A DNA stretch of 64,000 nucleotides, filler included, from Stramenopiles sp. TOSAG23-6 (taxonomy: Eukaryota), in assembly GCA_900128565.1 (NCBI GenBank). It is 5 parts of 5 records of this genome, joined end to end, with 100 filler letters (N's around TTAATTAATTAA, not from the genome) between each part and the next. Parts side by side here need not be neighbours in the genome. Positions count along the whole stretch, not along the records: positions 1 to 13,099 come from LT636175.1; 4 more parts are not named here. One strand, given 5' to 3'. Shown here piece after piece: positions 1-11,213 of this stretch; positions within the stretch are counted from its first letter, which is position 1, and every line of letters begins with the position of its first letter. The notes under the pieces were generated by a model. That model saw only the letters and a program-made list of their open reading frames with translations. It had not been told where the DNA came from and did not search any database. A program made the position numbers and the translations under genes.

Positions 1-725
1 ATGCCTCTTTTAGATCCAAGTGCTAAATTGAAGCCCAGAAAATTCAGGAAGTGAATTGAAAAACTAGATTTTGCCTTCATTTTGAGTGTTTTACAGTGGG
101 GAAATTCGCCATGAAATAGTAGAGTTGGCCTTTTAAAGTTAGTATTTTCTGAAACTACATGCAATAATGGTGTATATACCTTGTCGATTAGGGATGATAT
201 TAGTTTTCAATCAACTTTTCAAGGTTTGAAACAAGCTTGGCATGAGAATGTCTAGAATTGACTTGGGTTTGGACAAGCCAATTTACCAAAAGTCATGAAA
301 AAAATGGAAGGTAAGAAAATTAGGCTTTAAAAGTTTTGCTAAAGGCATCTTTGTAGAGGGTGTAGTTGTTTGTATGACACTGTGTGTGATAGCAGTCTCC
401 ATAGAAGGCTCTATATTGAGCCAACAAGAGACTAAAAAGAGGTCAAAAATTTCCCGTGTTTTACTAGTGATTAACTAGTGAAACCGCCAAAAATGGCAAA
501 TTGAATTTTTTTTTGATATTTTCGTGATTTCGAGTATCCGGGAGCCTTAAGGAGTCGGAGGAGTCGAACTGGCCGTGACACGCGTCATTCAAAATGGCCA
601 AGTTGGCCAAAAACCAACCAACGCAAACACAATGACTATCATTAACTCATCATTAACCACCCTTGGAACCAACCTTTACACTTTTATTAATGTAACTTCG
701 TCCCAGAATCCCGCTAGATTGGTTT

Positions 726-1605
726 ATGGAAAACAACGCCGATTTTGGAGCACTCACTGAAGAGGCCTTCATTCAACAAGCTTCTTATTTGGCGTGTACA
801 TTTCCTTCCACAACGACAGATGCGGGTACCCATGATTTATATGGCTGGGAGCTAATCACAGCCAAAGCGAGTAAACTACACCCAACTATTACTTACCTTC
901 GCAAAGAAAAGATTTTTCCTTTCGGTGTAGATTATACGTCAGAAGCTTCATATAGTAAAAATCTAGAAGAGCCTTCTTCAGAAACGGAAATATTAAATAT
1001 AATTGAGGAGATAACAGAAGTTGAAGATGTTCAAGAACTGAGCGACTCTTCTAGTATAAAGCCTCAGTCACTCGAAAATACAACAGATAAATATAGAAAA
1101 GCATATTTACTATATGAATTCAACATCTTATACAGTCATACATATAAAGTTCCAATAATGTATTTCCGTGCATATATTTCGACTGGTGAGCCTGTTAGCC
1201 ACGACGTTTTGCTGAGTTTTATACCTGATTCATACAAAACTACGGTAAGTTCATGGAGTGTAACTTCAGAGGAGGAGCACCCAGTTACTGGGATTCCATT
1301 CTTTTGTTTACATCCTTGTAACACCAAGAAAATAATGTCTCAGCTATTGGGTAAAATTGAAACCAAATATGTAGTTGTTCAAAAATCCTATATGAATCCT
1401 TTGTATTTGTTTATTTGGTGTTGTTTCATATTTCCTATTTTACGTTTAAAACGGCCACTTGAAGAGTACGTTTTCATCATGAATTTTAAAACAAAATTTC
1501 ATACTAAATTTTGTACCTAACGATTTTGTGTTTTGAAATATATTTCATCGTACGTATATGAAACGATTATTGTAGATAAATATCAAATCGACATTAAAAT
1601 ATGAA
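726..1605 (+). CDS. ATG10: Atg10/Atg3-type E2-like autophagy conjugating enzyme; short last exon after the element, exact stop uncertain
   Basis: YSHTYKVPIMYF and EEHPVTGIPFFCLHPCNT catalytic HPC motif; ORF runs into an element at 1466. Confidence 0.75.
1466..1555 (+). mobile_element. Introner-like intron copy (3' end 1553 or 1555)
   Basis: GTACGTTTTCATCATGAATTT...AAATTTTGTACCTAAC...ATATTTCATCGTAC. Confidence 0.75.
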
Positions 1606-1642
1606 ACGAGTATTGTAGATAAATATCAAATAGATATTAAAA
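1557..1642. repeat. Two-copy tandem repeat of about 43 bp
   Basis: tatgaaacgattattgtagataaatatcaaatcgacattaaaa repeated with few mismatches. Confidence 0.7.
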
Positions 1643-1726
1643 TCAATAGCATGAAATACTTGTTAATGTTATAGGAGTAAAATTTTATCAGTTTTATTAT
1701 GTAAATTTTATTCGTTTATAAATAGA

Positions 1727-4700
1727 CTAATCATTAATGATGCTATCTTTAATTTCCGTTTCTTTATTATTGTCATTAGTTTTCGTTTCATCTTTTTTAT
1801 CATCATTTGTTTTCGTTTCATCTTTATTATCATCATTTGTTTTCATTTCATCTTTATTATCATCATTTGTTTTTATTTCATCTTTGTTATCATCATTTGT
1901 TTTCATTTCACTTTTATTCAGTTTAAATTTTTTCCACCTGCGAATGAATAACCTGTGTGTTGCACATGCATGATCAATCTGCAAAAAGACTTGTCTTGAT
2001 GAAGATGCTCCAGCATTGAGACCCCTTTCTCCACACATTGCATCAATCATTTCTCGACATGTAATTCTACCGTCACCATCAGTATCAAATAACTTGTATA
2101 AAGTCTCATACGAGTATAAAGGATTTGAGTCTTCAGAAAAAATAATTCCTGCTTTTCGCAGTCCACGTTCAAATTCGCCTCTATCAACTATATTATCATT
2201 TGAATCATCCATTAGTTTCTTCAATTCCCCCCCAGTTATTCCTCTCTGTTTGATTTCTGTCCTCAACCAAGAAAGAGAAGACTCCCGTTCGTGCTCTTCG
2301 TGAATATTAGAGGAACCAGTGAGCCATGAAACTAAATGCCGAGGTAAAACTTTCACTAACTTGCCTAAAGCAACACCTGCAATTAATATAGCCGTTTCTG
2401 ACCGAACATTCATTTTTAATGCAGATTGCCAGGCTTTTTGAGCAATACTAGACATATCACCACCCTCGATGGCTACAGTTTCTGCATCATTTATTGCAGC
2501 AAATGTAATATCATTAAGCTTAATGTCACTGGGAGTTCCTAAATCATTGATGGTCACAAAGTCATCGTCGATCAGATTATTTTTCACAATATCGTTCTCG
2601 AAATCTTCTGAACTATCCGTTTCTATTGATATCACATGGAGATCATCCATAATATTGTGCATTTGCATTTTTTTGTTTTCGTTCGATATATTCTTTTCTG
2701 CCCACTCCATCGCCTGATCACTAATATTTTTTGATGTGCCATCCCCTGGTGTATTTTTTGCTATCAACTTTGCTGCATTCGCACCTGAACCAGTACTACT
2801 CTTTGAAGTAGCAATTTTTATCACTGCAGCTGCTGACTCGTTCCGAATACTTTTTTGAGGGTCTGGGTATACTCTATCTGCTGCGTCATTTTGAAGATAA
2901 GGTAATATTTCAAAATATTTTGCATAAAATGGATGTTTATATGCCTCTATATATTGTATGGGTTCATCAATAAGGATATGTAAATCTTCGAAATTCAACC
3001 AAGCTTTGCTTTCGCCTTCTTTCTCTTCGTATATCATACAATCTACAGATGTAGTTGGAGCATACTTCAGTAAAATTTTGCATGTATCCGCATTTTGCTT
3101 GGCAATTTCATCAGTCGTTGCCGAAGAACAATTATATAATGCTTTGAGATCGCTTTCAGCAGCTTCCATCTGTATTTGATTTAAATTCTTTGAAGAAAGA
3201 AAACTAATTATTTCCTCTCCCCGGCTTATTTCCTTTACTAATTCGATGCTGAGACATGATGAAGTCAACGGCGTGTCAAAAATATTAGAAAATTCTTTCA
3301 CATATTTAAGCATTGCTTTCTTGTCATTTTTAGATTTACCCTTTATTGCGGATAAGGATAACAAGCAGCGTTCGGCAGCTTGACTGAGCGCAACTGTTTG
3401 TTGTTCTTTTTCGATATGTCCAATATATATTTTGTCTACTACGGCGAATCTCCACTGATCATGGTAAAAGACCCATCGTTTTTCGCCAGATGACTTCCAC
3501 CTATTGAGAGTTTGAAGCCGTGGGTGAATTACACTATCAGTATCACTAGATAAATCTTGGGAAGGCTCTGGTTTTAGGGGAATTTTTCCGGGTAACATTG
3601 GTATTAATCTACTAGGGGTATCAAGCATTGAAGGGTCGCAGCTTACGTTGGGTATTATTTGACAATCTTTTGATAACATGGATGCTTCAAGTGCTAACCT
3701 CGCAGCTTTGCGCGCTTCAGTACGAGAAATTTCTGCAAATGCGTTTTTAATTGTATCGTTTTGTAAAATATCCTTCACATGCGAAAACGGATCTATAAAT
3801 TTTGTTAACACATTCAGATCAATCACTCGAGGAAGTTGTATTGGGGCACCATTGTCAATAAGTTTCATGCGAATATACCTCTCTAATAACTCTTGTGTAG
3901 AGGCAGGCTCTCCAGTCTCCGAGTAGTTTAGTAATGCAATAGTATCTTGGAAAGTTTCTTCTTTTGTAACTTTCTCTTTTTTTTTCAGAAGTGATTGACG
4001 ATGGAAGTATTTTTCATTCTGTTCCCAGTTTACATCAAAGCCTTCGGCAACGGAAACTCTTCCATCTCCATCAACATCAAGTAATTCTTGCTTTCTTCTA
4101 TAAACATATTCCTCGTCATCGCTTTCACTATCCGAAAGTTTTGTGTCCTTTTCAACTTGTTTGATCAAAGTTCCACGCCTTGATAAACGTTGTTTTTTTA
4201 TTTCTTCGTTTATTTTCACATTGGCATCAGATGTCTCTAGCCATGCATAAAAATGGGCTCTGTATTCAAGTTGCTCTTTTGTTTCTTTTTGTATTCGTGC
4301 ATTACTTCGACGAGTATCTCGATCTGCCATTAATGACTCAATACTACGACCAAATATGATGCCTCGTGCAGCATACTTCATTGCATCTATTTTAGCCTTA
4401 CGCTTAGATTCTGCCTCTTCTTGCTTTCGCTTTCTTAATGCTCGCAACTTTGCTCTATGTTCTTTGCGCATTCTTCGGGGCTCCTCTTTCACTAATTTAA
4501 GTAATTCATCAGTAGTTGCGTTTGCTGCATTCACACGAGAATGATATTCTGTAATTAGCGAAATAACTCTGGTGTTACTTTGCAGCAACTCGACAGATGC
4601 ACCTGCTACTGCATTTTCAAGAGATACAACCTTTTGTGCAGCAAGCACTTCAGTCGATGCTCTACGAGCTGCTTCAAGTACAGCCGGGAGTAGTTGAAAA

Positions 4701-7700
4701 AATCTACCACCATATTTCCCTCCGTAAATAACGGGCATTCCTTCGAGTCTACGATCATCCTCAAGAATCATTAAACCTTGATCGAGTTTTTGTCGTGCAG
4801 GTTGAAGCTTGCGTGTAAGATTACTCCGCGCTTGGTTTAGTTTTTCCCAACTTCGAAGAGCAATAATAGATTTCTCGACGTACTCTTCATTATCTATTTT
4901 TTCCTTGAGTGCAATTCTAATTTCATTTGCTCTACTTTTACATGCCTTTTCAACTGATACTGATATCGCTGCGGCGCGTTCAGTAAATTTAATCATATTA
5001 TCTATAGCAGTTGCAACGTCGCGAGGTTTAAATAAATCAACAGGAGTTGCTAAAATTTGTCTGGCTTCTCTTAAATATTCATAAGCGACTTGAATCCTCT
5101 CATTATGACTTTTAATATCAATACCATCGGTGTATGTGAGTATATCGTATCCGCTCATTGCAGCATTCTCAATCATTGGAGATACTTTATTCATTAGAAA
5201 TTTGATTGTTTTTCTTTGTGTTTCATTGACATATACAGTATTGCCATGTTCGAATAGAAGACGTTGGTGTTCTACCTCCGCAATCTGACACATGAAATCA
5301 ATTTGAGCGACACATGCATCCGCCTGTTGCACCCTAAGACTTAACATGTTTTCTATATTTTCTGCCGATGTAAGATCCCCGGGAATGCTTAATAAATGGA
5401 GTAACTCGTCTAACTGTCTTTGACCTTTATCCAATTCAGCTTTAACCACAGGGACTTCTTCAAGGCCATGAGCATCTTCCCGGCATGTTTTCATCCATGT
5501 ATCAATACGTGCCTGTAATGTATCAGTATTTTCTCGTCTAATTGTAGCTCGACCTTCAATGTCTCGTAGTTTCCGAGCTTGGAATGCAGCATGTAGAGCA
5601 GCACACTGTCTGTTGAATACTACTTTTGCTTCTCGCGTTGCGCGTCTTGCAAGGGCTGTAACGTTGCAAAGATTCTGTTGTTCCAAAATAGATCTTTCTA
5701 ATGAATTCAAAGCATTCTTACGACGACCCCCCATTTCTCTAGGTGCAACGATTGGTGAAGTGATACTTATCATAGCTTCCTTCATCTTTGTCTGTGCAAT
5801 ATTAATTGATTCAAACACTTTCTCTCCTAACTGCATTTTGTTGTACCCAGGAATATCAAGAAAATCATTTATTCGTATAGCATGCAGTAGATGTTTTAGG
5901 GTAGCCATATCTTGTGATAAATCTAAGCCAACAACAAATGCTTCTAAATGATGAACACGTTTCTTTGCATGTTCACATATTTCTTTACAAGCTTTCAATT
6001 GTATGGAAGTTGCTTCTATATTAGTTAAATCCACTGGAACATCAATGCAAGTGGCTGCATGCATGCATGCAGATTCTATTTGCACCATTGCATGAGCTAC
6101 GGCAGGTACTGCCCGAAGCGGTGGCATTTCAACAGGATCGCCGTCTGCAGGACTAAAGATGCGCATCTTTGGGATGCCATCTAATTCTACTTGCTGTGTG
6201 GCTACAGGATGTTTATGCCTCTGAACCATTTCCATCATATAGATTATTTCGCTTTTTCGCAGACGTTGGGCCACAACCCAAGAACCATCACTTCCTATAG
6301 AGTATGTCTTTATAATATGCTGAAATTGATTCAATACAGGATCCAATACAGATTTCCTTAATTCTTCTCTTGTATTTATATCCAGTCGACGACGAGATTC
6401 ATATTGATCTGTCAAATTACTCATTTCTTCATCCAATGTTTTTTGTAATGTTTTGATCGAGTTGACGGCGTTGTTTGTAAGCGTTTCTAAGCTTTGCAAT
6501 GTCATCAATAAAGCCTCTTCTGTAGAAGTATCACATTCTGCATCATCAGCAAGTTTTATTTGTGATTCTTTTAAATACCTCTGGGCATGTTTGGAAGCTA
6601 AAAGTACAGATGGAACGAGGCCTATTCCGTGAAGGTTTTCCTCTAATGTCGACAAAATACGAGCCATAGTTTCTGCTTGTGGATCAATGTATTTAACACG
6701 CCACTTTTGCCGAATTTCAAGGCATCTTTGTATTCTATCTTCCATTTCTGCTATTAGCCGATTTTGTTGTTTTATAGATTCTCTACGCGCGCTTTCAACA
6801 CAAGACTGAGCTTGAAGGCATTTATTTTCTATAGAGACAATTCCTTTCCTTGCCACTTCATAAGAATCACAATTAACCCTTTTATCCAATTGAATCCGTG
6901 CTTGGCATATTTGGGTTTCGGCTTCTTTGAATACAGCTATCACACTATCCAAAGCCATAACTTGTAAACCAAATTCTTCGTCAGATAGTATATTATCCCG
7001 CGCATCTTGAAGCGCCTTTTCGACTGATACAAATATTGTACAACGAATGCGTGTTCGGCTTTCTTTCTCATAATGCGAAACTGCGTCATTAATTGTGACT
7101 TCGACAGCATCGACAGCATCTTTTACAGGCTTACATGCCAACTCTATTTCATTAATAGCTGTGACTAATTCATTATCATAAGCTAAAAACCTTGATTTAT
7201 GTAGACTTTGACGAGCAACAACCAACACCGAGTCAGCTGCGATGAGATCACACCGAACTGCATCAACAGTAACTTTGCTGTGTCTCCCCGCAAAGTCTTC
7301 TGTTTCAGGAGTGTAAGTGGCACTACAACTGCCATCATTTCCTAGTATAGTGAAACCAAGCCAGGGTTTTTCAGTATCTTTTGATGTTTTTCGGATTAAG
7401 TTGTCAACTTTATTCCGATTTGCATTGTAGCTTTCTTCTAATAGCTTGTTTCGGACGTCATTAAATTGCTGCATTCGATCTCTAAACTTTTGTTTCAACT
7501 CTTGATCAAATTCTATGACTTCTTGCTTTGTTCGATTCACATTTGCTTTTGAAATAGACAATTGATTTCGAAGAATCTCTCGATTTACGTCTATACCCTT
7601 TGTAAGTTTGATAAGAGACTCACGAGCCTTTTCGCAATTTCCAAAACTAGCATCTATTGCTGGTTGCAGTGGCGGATGATTTGCCAAGCCTAGTTTTGAC

Positions 7701-9055
7701 TTATCCAACAAATTCTGAATATCACTAAGTTCAGAAAGCAACATATCGATATCATATGTTTCAAACAACGCTACAGCTTTGTTGACATATACAATGGCAT
7801 TATTAGTAAGTGTTTCTATACTATCTAAAATTTTATCCAAAGCAATTTGATCTGTGCAATCAGATTTTGTCTTTAATTTCCGAAAAGCTAATGATATGGC
7901 CGATGAAGCCTTGCTAATAGCTAGATGACATTCTATGATTTTATGTAATTTGACTTTTCCAGTTGAATCGTTCTTCAAATTATCTACGACATTAGCCAAC
8001 GTTTTGAACTTGTTTTGAGAAGATTCCAATAATACATTAAATTTAGCCCTCTGATCAACATTACGCTTCCTCCGTTCCGCGATTTCATTATTTTGCGTTT
8101 TTATAAGTGATAAAATAATTTCTACTGCATTATCTATAAATGTAGCAACACCATTTGCATGAGTTTTATATAACTGTATTTGTTCATTAAGGATTTCATC
8201 ACTAACGAGAAAATCTTTCCTTGGATGTTTCATAAGTGTATACATTTCATCTAATTTAGTTTTGCATTTTCCCAATAAAATTTCAACTTTATCATTTCGT
8301 GTAACATCATACCATGTAAAGTGTATGTGAATATCTTTTGCAGAAGCTAACTTTTTAGTTGCAGGTTCGATAATGTCATGATGAATGCCTTCACGTTCCT
8401 TGATATCTAATTCTTTTCTAGATTGTCTTTGATTTTCTACATTTTCAGTTTCTTTAATCGCAAGAGTGCATGATTTCTGACCGTTCACAATAGCCATATG
8501 AATAAGACTAACTAGAGAATTGAAACGTCGATATTGATCGTTTTTAGAGATACCTTCATTGTTAACCTTGAGTAATTGAGAAGCTTCTGATACTGCACTA
8601 AATGCTTTTTGTAGGCTTCTCACAGCACGCTTGTTATGATTGATTGGTCTACCACGAGCTTTGGCTGTAACAAATATATCTTTTGCCTTTTCTACAACAT
8701 CTCTAGATACCTTTAATAATGCTTCTCGGAGTTCTTGTTTCTTTAATTTTTCTTGAGCAAGCCACCAGTCGACAACAGCGTCAACAACCCAATGTAAAAT
8801 GGGAGCATCTTTATAGGGTGGGAGGGAGTCATGAATCTCTGCGCTTCTTTGCCCGAGCCATGCAATTGTATCTTCTTTATCTTTAACCAAATCCCCAAAT
8901 GTTTTGCATTCTGATGGATCTTGTTTTATTGAACCAAATCTATCATCCCAGCCGATCTCGTGTGTTATCAATCTTTGTCGTTTCGCCTTTCGAGACTTGC
9001 TTTGCGATAGAATCTTTGGTTTATATTTCAACTTTTTGGCTTTCTTAGACGACAT
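1727..9055 (-). CDS. 2442-aa helical/coiled-coil protein with EF-hand-like loops and a C-terminal KTNDDNKDE repeat
   Basis: Uninterrupted ORF; DVDGDGRVS, DDSNDNIVDRGEF, DTDGDGRITCRE loops. Confidence 0.8.
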   Translation of the reverse strand: MSSKKAKKLKYKPKILSQSKSRKAKRQRLITHEIGWDDRFGSIKQDPSECKTFGDLVKDKEDTIAWLGQRSAEIHDSLPPYKDAPILHWVVDAVVDWWLAQEKLKKQELREALLKVSRDVVEKAKDIFVTAKARGRPINHNKRAVRSLQKAFSAVSEASQLLKVNNEGISKNDQYRRFNSLVSLIHMAIVNGQKSCTLAIKETENVENQRQSRKELDIKEREGIHHDIIEPATKKLASAKDIHIHFTWYDVTRNDKVEILLGKCKTKLDEMYTLMKHPRKDFLVSDEILNEQIQLYKTHANGVATFIDNAVEIILSLIKTQNNEIAERRKRNVDQRAKFNVLLESSQNKFKTLANVVDNLKNDSTGKVKLHKIIECHLAISKASSAISLAFRKLKTKSDCTDQIALDKILDSIETLTNNAIVYVNKAVALFETYDIDMLLSELSDIQNLLDKSKLGLANHPPLQPAIDASFGNCEKARESLIKLTKGIDVNREILRNQLSISKANVNRTKQEVIEFDQELKQKFRDRMQQFNDVRNKLLEESYNANRNKVDNLIRKTSKDTEKPWLGFTILGNDGSCSATYTPETEDFAGRHSKVTVDAVRCDLIAADSVLVVARQSLHKSRFLAYDNELVTAINEIELACKPVKDAVDAVEVTINDAVSHYEKESRTRIRCTIFVSVEKALQDARDNILSDEEFGLQVMALDSVIAVFKEAETQICQARIQLDKRVNCDSYEVARKGIVSIENKCLQAQSCVESARRESIKQQNRLIAEMEDRIQRCLEIRQKWRVKYIDPQAETMARILSTLEENLHGIGLVPSVLLASKHAQRYLKESQIKLADDAECDTSTEEALLMTLQSLETLTNNAVNSIKTLQKTLDEEMSNLTDQYESRRRLDINTREELRKSVLDPVLNQFQHIIKTYSIGSDGSWVVAQRLRKSEIIYMMEMVQRHKHPVATQQVELDGIPKMRIFSPADGDPVEMPPLRAVPAVAHAMVQIESACMHAATCIDVPVDLTNIEATSIQLKACKEICEHAKKRVHHLEAFVVGLDLSQDMATLKHLLHAIRINDFLDIPGYNKMQLGEKVFESINIAQTKMKEAMISITSPIVAPREMGGRRKNALNSLERSILEQQNLCNVTALARRATREAKVVFNRQCAALHAAFQARKLRDIEGRATIRRENTDTLQARIDTWMKTCREDAHGLEEVPVVKAELDKGQRQLDELLHLLSIPGDLTSAENIENMLSLRVQQADACVAQIDFMCQIAEVEHQRLLFEHGNTVYVNETQRKTIKFLMNKVSPMIENAAMSGYDILTYTDGIDIKSHNERIQVAYEYLREARQILATPVDLFKPRDVATAIDNMIKFTERAAAISVSVEKACKSRANEIRIALKEKIDNEEYVEKSIIALRSWEKLNQARSNLTRKLQPARQKLDQGLMILEDDRRLEGMPVIYGGKYGGRFFQLLPAVLEAARRASTEVLAAQKVVSLENAVAGASVELLQSNTRVISLITEYHSRVNAANATTDELLKLVKEEPRRMRKEHRAKLRALRKRKQEEAESKRKAKIDAMKYAARGIIFGRSIESLMADRDTRRSNARIQKETKEQLEYRAHFYAWLETSDANVKINEEIKKQRLSRRGTLIKQVEKDTKLSDSESDDEEYVYRRKQELLDVDGDGRVSVAEGFDVNWEQNEKYFHRQSLLKKKEKVTKEETFQDTIALLNYSETGEPASTQELLERYIRMKLIDNGAPIQLPRVIDLNVLTKFIDPFSHVKDILQNDTIKNAFAEISRTEARKAARLALEASMLSKDCQIIPNVSCDPSMLDTPSRLIPMLPGKIPLKPEPSQDLSSDTDSVIHPRLQTLNRWKSSGEKRWVFYHDQWRFAVVDKIYIGHIEKEQQTVALSQAAERCLLSLSAIKGKSKNDKKAMLKYVKEFSNIFDTPLTSSCLSIELVKEISRGEEIISFLSSKNLNQIQMEAAESDLKALYNCSSATTDEIAKQNADTCKILLKYAPTTSVDCMIYEEKEGESKAWLNFEDLHILIDEPIQYIEAYKHPFYAKYFEILPYLQNDAADRVYPDPQKSIRNESAAAVIKIATSKSSTGSGANAAKLIAKNTPGDGTSKNISDQAMEWAEKNISNENKKMQMHNIMDDLHVISIETDSSEDFENDIVKNNLIDDDFVTINDLGTPSDIKLNDITFAAINDAETVAIEGGDMSSIAQKAWQSALKMNVRSETAILIAGVALGKLVKVLPRHLVSWLTGSSNIHEEHERESSLSWLRTEIKQRGITGGELKKLMDDSNDNIVDRGEFERGLRKAGIIFSEDSNPLYSYETLYKLFDTDGDGRITCREMIDAMCGERGLNAGASSSRQVFLQIDHACATHRLFIRRWKKFKLNKSEMKTNDDNKDEIKTNDDNKDEMKTNDDNKDETKTNDDKKDETKTNDNNKETEIKDSIIND

Positions 9056-9416
9056 AGTAAATATAAGTTACGGCATCCACGTTTATGTCTTTAAAACTTC
9101 ANACATGTTTGCCAATATCATGTTTTTTCTGATACAATTGTACCAATGTAAAAAATACTACTTGTTGCTACGTACTACTACGTACTAGACTACAGTTGAC
9201 AGTCGATTTTACAGTTACAGTCGTAGGAATCAAAAAAATCAAAATCACAGATGAACAGCACCACCATGATAAAGTAAAAAGATAAATTCAATAAATTGTT
9301 TTTGTTATTTTCCGTTTGTTTATTTTTTATTCAATAAATTATTGAAATTACAAACGAAAAAAAAAAATTTCGTTCTTTTGTATGTTCAACTCAGTATATG
9401 GGAGCAAAAATAATAT

Positions 9417-10958
9417 CTACAATTCTTCATCATGCGCATTTACATCAACCATTGGAATCTCAGCATCAAGGATAGCATTACCCACATTACTTTCCCTCCA
9501 ATTTTCGTCAAATCTCGTTTTTGACCAATTATAAAATGATTTCCATCCGCCCATCCCAGCCATGTGCATTATATTCTTTCCCATATAGAAGGAAGTCACC
9601 CACGGATAGGAAGTTTGTAAAGTAAAAAATATGTTTCTAAAGTTTAAAATTTGTTGATACGAATTATTTTTCGTAAACTAAAAAAAAAAAAATTGTACAA
9701 AATAAAATAATAAATTTGAAATTGAAATGAATTGTGAAAACATACAACACCAAAGGGCTCGGATAAGTTATAAAATACACGACTATTTACAGCACCGAAA
9801 CGTAATCCTTTAGGTAAATCTTTTGCAGCTTTTTCAGCGGCTTTGATATATTCAGGAGCAAGACTACAGTGTGAAAAAAATATTATTTTTGAGGAAAAAA
9901 ATCGTTAGGTACAAAATTTCGTACGAAAAAAAAATAATTTGAAATTCATAATGAAAACGTGCCTGTCGCATATCGGACATGTATCGCTATAATACTCGAT
10001 AATCCAAAAGTCATCACTTCTCAAGACAGTCTCAACAAAATTATCTTGATTTAAGTCCATAATAAATTTTGATTCATGTCGACCACATATGATGCTAAAA
10101 CACATATTATGTCAGAAATAAATCGTTAGGTACAAATTTTTCTATGAAAAAAATTCGAATTCGATCAAAAAAATAAAAAAAGTTAGGTACAAAATTTAGT
10201 ATACAAAAAAAAATTCGATCAAAAAACACACCTTCTTTATATATTCCAGGTTTTGTTCCCATTTCTACTTCATGCCATGCTTCTAAAGCTTGTCTTTGTG
10301 TCATGCCATTCGCAACTTTAGTCATATGGAACACAATTTCATCTGTGCCATGTCCACCTAGGTACCGAACTTTTTTTTCATGATTATTACTTGGAAAAGA
10401 ACCAAACGTGGTGTTAGTTGGTCGAGTAATTTCTGCTTGACCACCAACAAGGAACATACTTGGATATGATGTAATATTCCATTTGTGTGAATCTGCAGCT
10501 CTATATATATGGTTCTCCGGCTCGGAATCATCAAACTTAGCAAGGATTACAGGTTGCTTTAGGATTTCAAGACTAGATAGTATTTTAGCTGCATCGCGAA
10601 ACGCAGGAGCTACTTTTTGACAATGTCCACACCATGGCGCAAAGAACTCAAGTAAAATCAGAGAGTCATCTTTTGTGACTTCTAGCATTTCTTCAATCGA
10701 TTCGGCGTCTAATTCATGTACTTCAGTATCATCGGGTTCGGTAGTAGGGTTATTCTGCTTTTTCTCCCATTCTGCTCTTGCGTGTTCACAGAAATCACAA
10801 GTCAAAGGACAGTTGTACTGCATGTACTGTTTGTCAGCTCCATTACAGTCACCGTCCATGTTGCTCTTCCACATTGGACAGTCTGGGCTCCTATCTTTAC
10901 ATTGGAATTCACCAGAAGCTAATACAAAATAGACAGTGAGAAAAATGATTGAATTCAT
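9417..10958 (-). CDS. Protein disulfide isomerase family protein with signal peptide, ShK-like domain and two thioredoxin domains (4 exons)
   Basis: CKDRSPDCPMW...CPLTCDFC; FFAPWCGHC; YYSDTCPICDSLAPEY after splicing; C-terminal HDEEL. Confidence 0.8.
9615..9745 (-). mobile_element. Introner-like intron, GT...AA
   Basis: Removal gives EPFGV|TSYPW; starts GTATGTTTT, ends TTTAC-AA. Confidence 0.7.
9864..9962 (-). mobile_element. Introner-like intron, GC...AG, AG repeated
   Basis: Removal gives CPICDS|LAPEY; full consensus core. Confidence 0.85.
10087..10231 (-). mobile_element. Introner-like intron, GT...AT, with two core motifs
   Basis: Removal gives YKEG|GRHESK; TTTGTACCTAAC present twice; 3' end less certain. 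Confidence 0.6.
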
Positions 10959-11213
10959 TCTCAAAAACTGAAAAGTTAACATCTTGGTTGATTTGAGTTT
11001 AGTTAGAACTTCGAGGCGCTATTATTTAGCAGGATTTGATTTTGCAACGTCGCTGAGTTCTGCTGATGAAAATGTCCAAAACCACCGGAACACACAATGT
11101 CATATCTACAATACATAAAAGGAAGAAAAAACGAATAAAATAGTTTACGCTAAATCCGCCACATCATTGTTTGGGCCGAATTAGACATTCGTTCGTGATT
11201 TTGATCTATTATA

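Noticed and set aside
9905-10105. Recurrent peptide tails such as FRTKFCT, NFVPN and YEILYLT as a protein domain
   Set aside because: They are read-through translations of the intron element in different frames.
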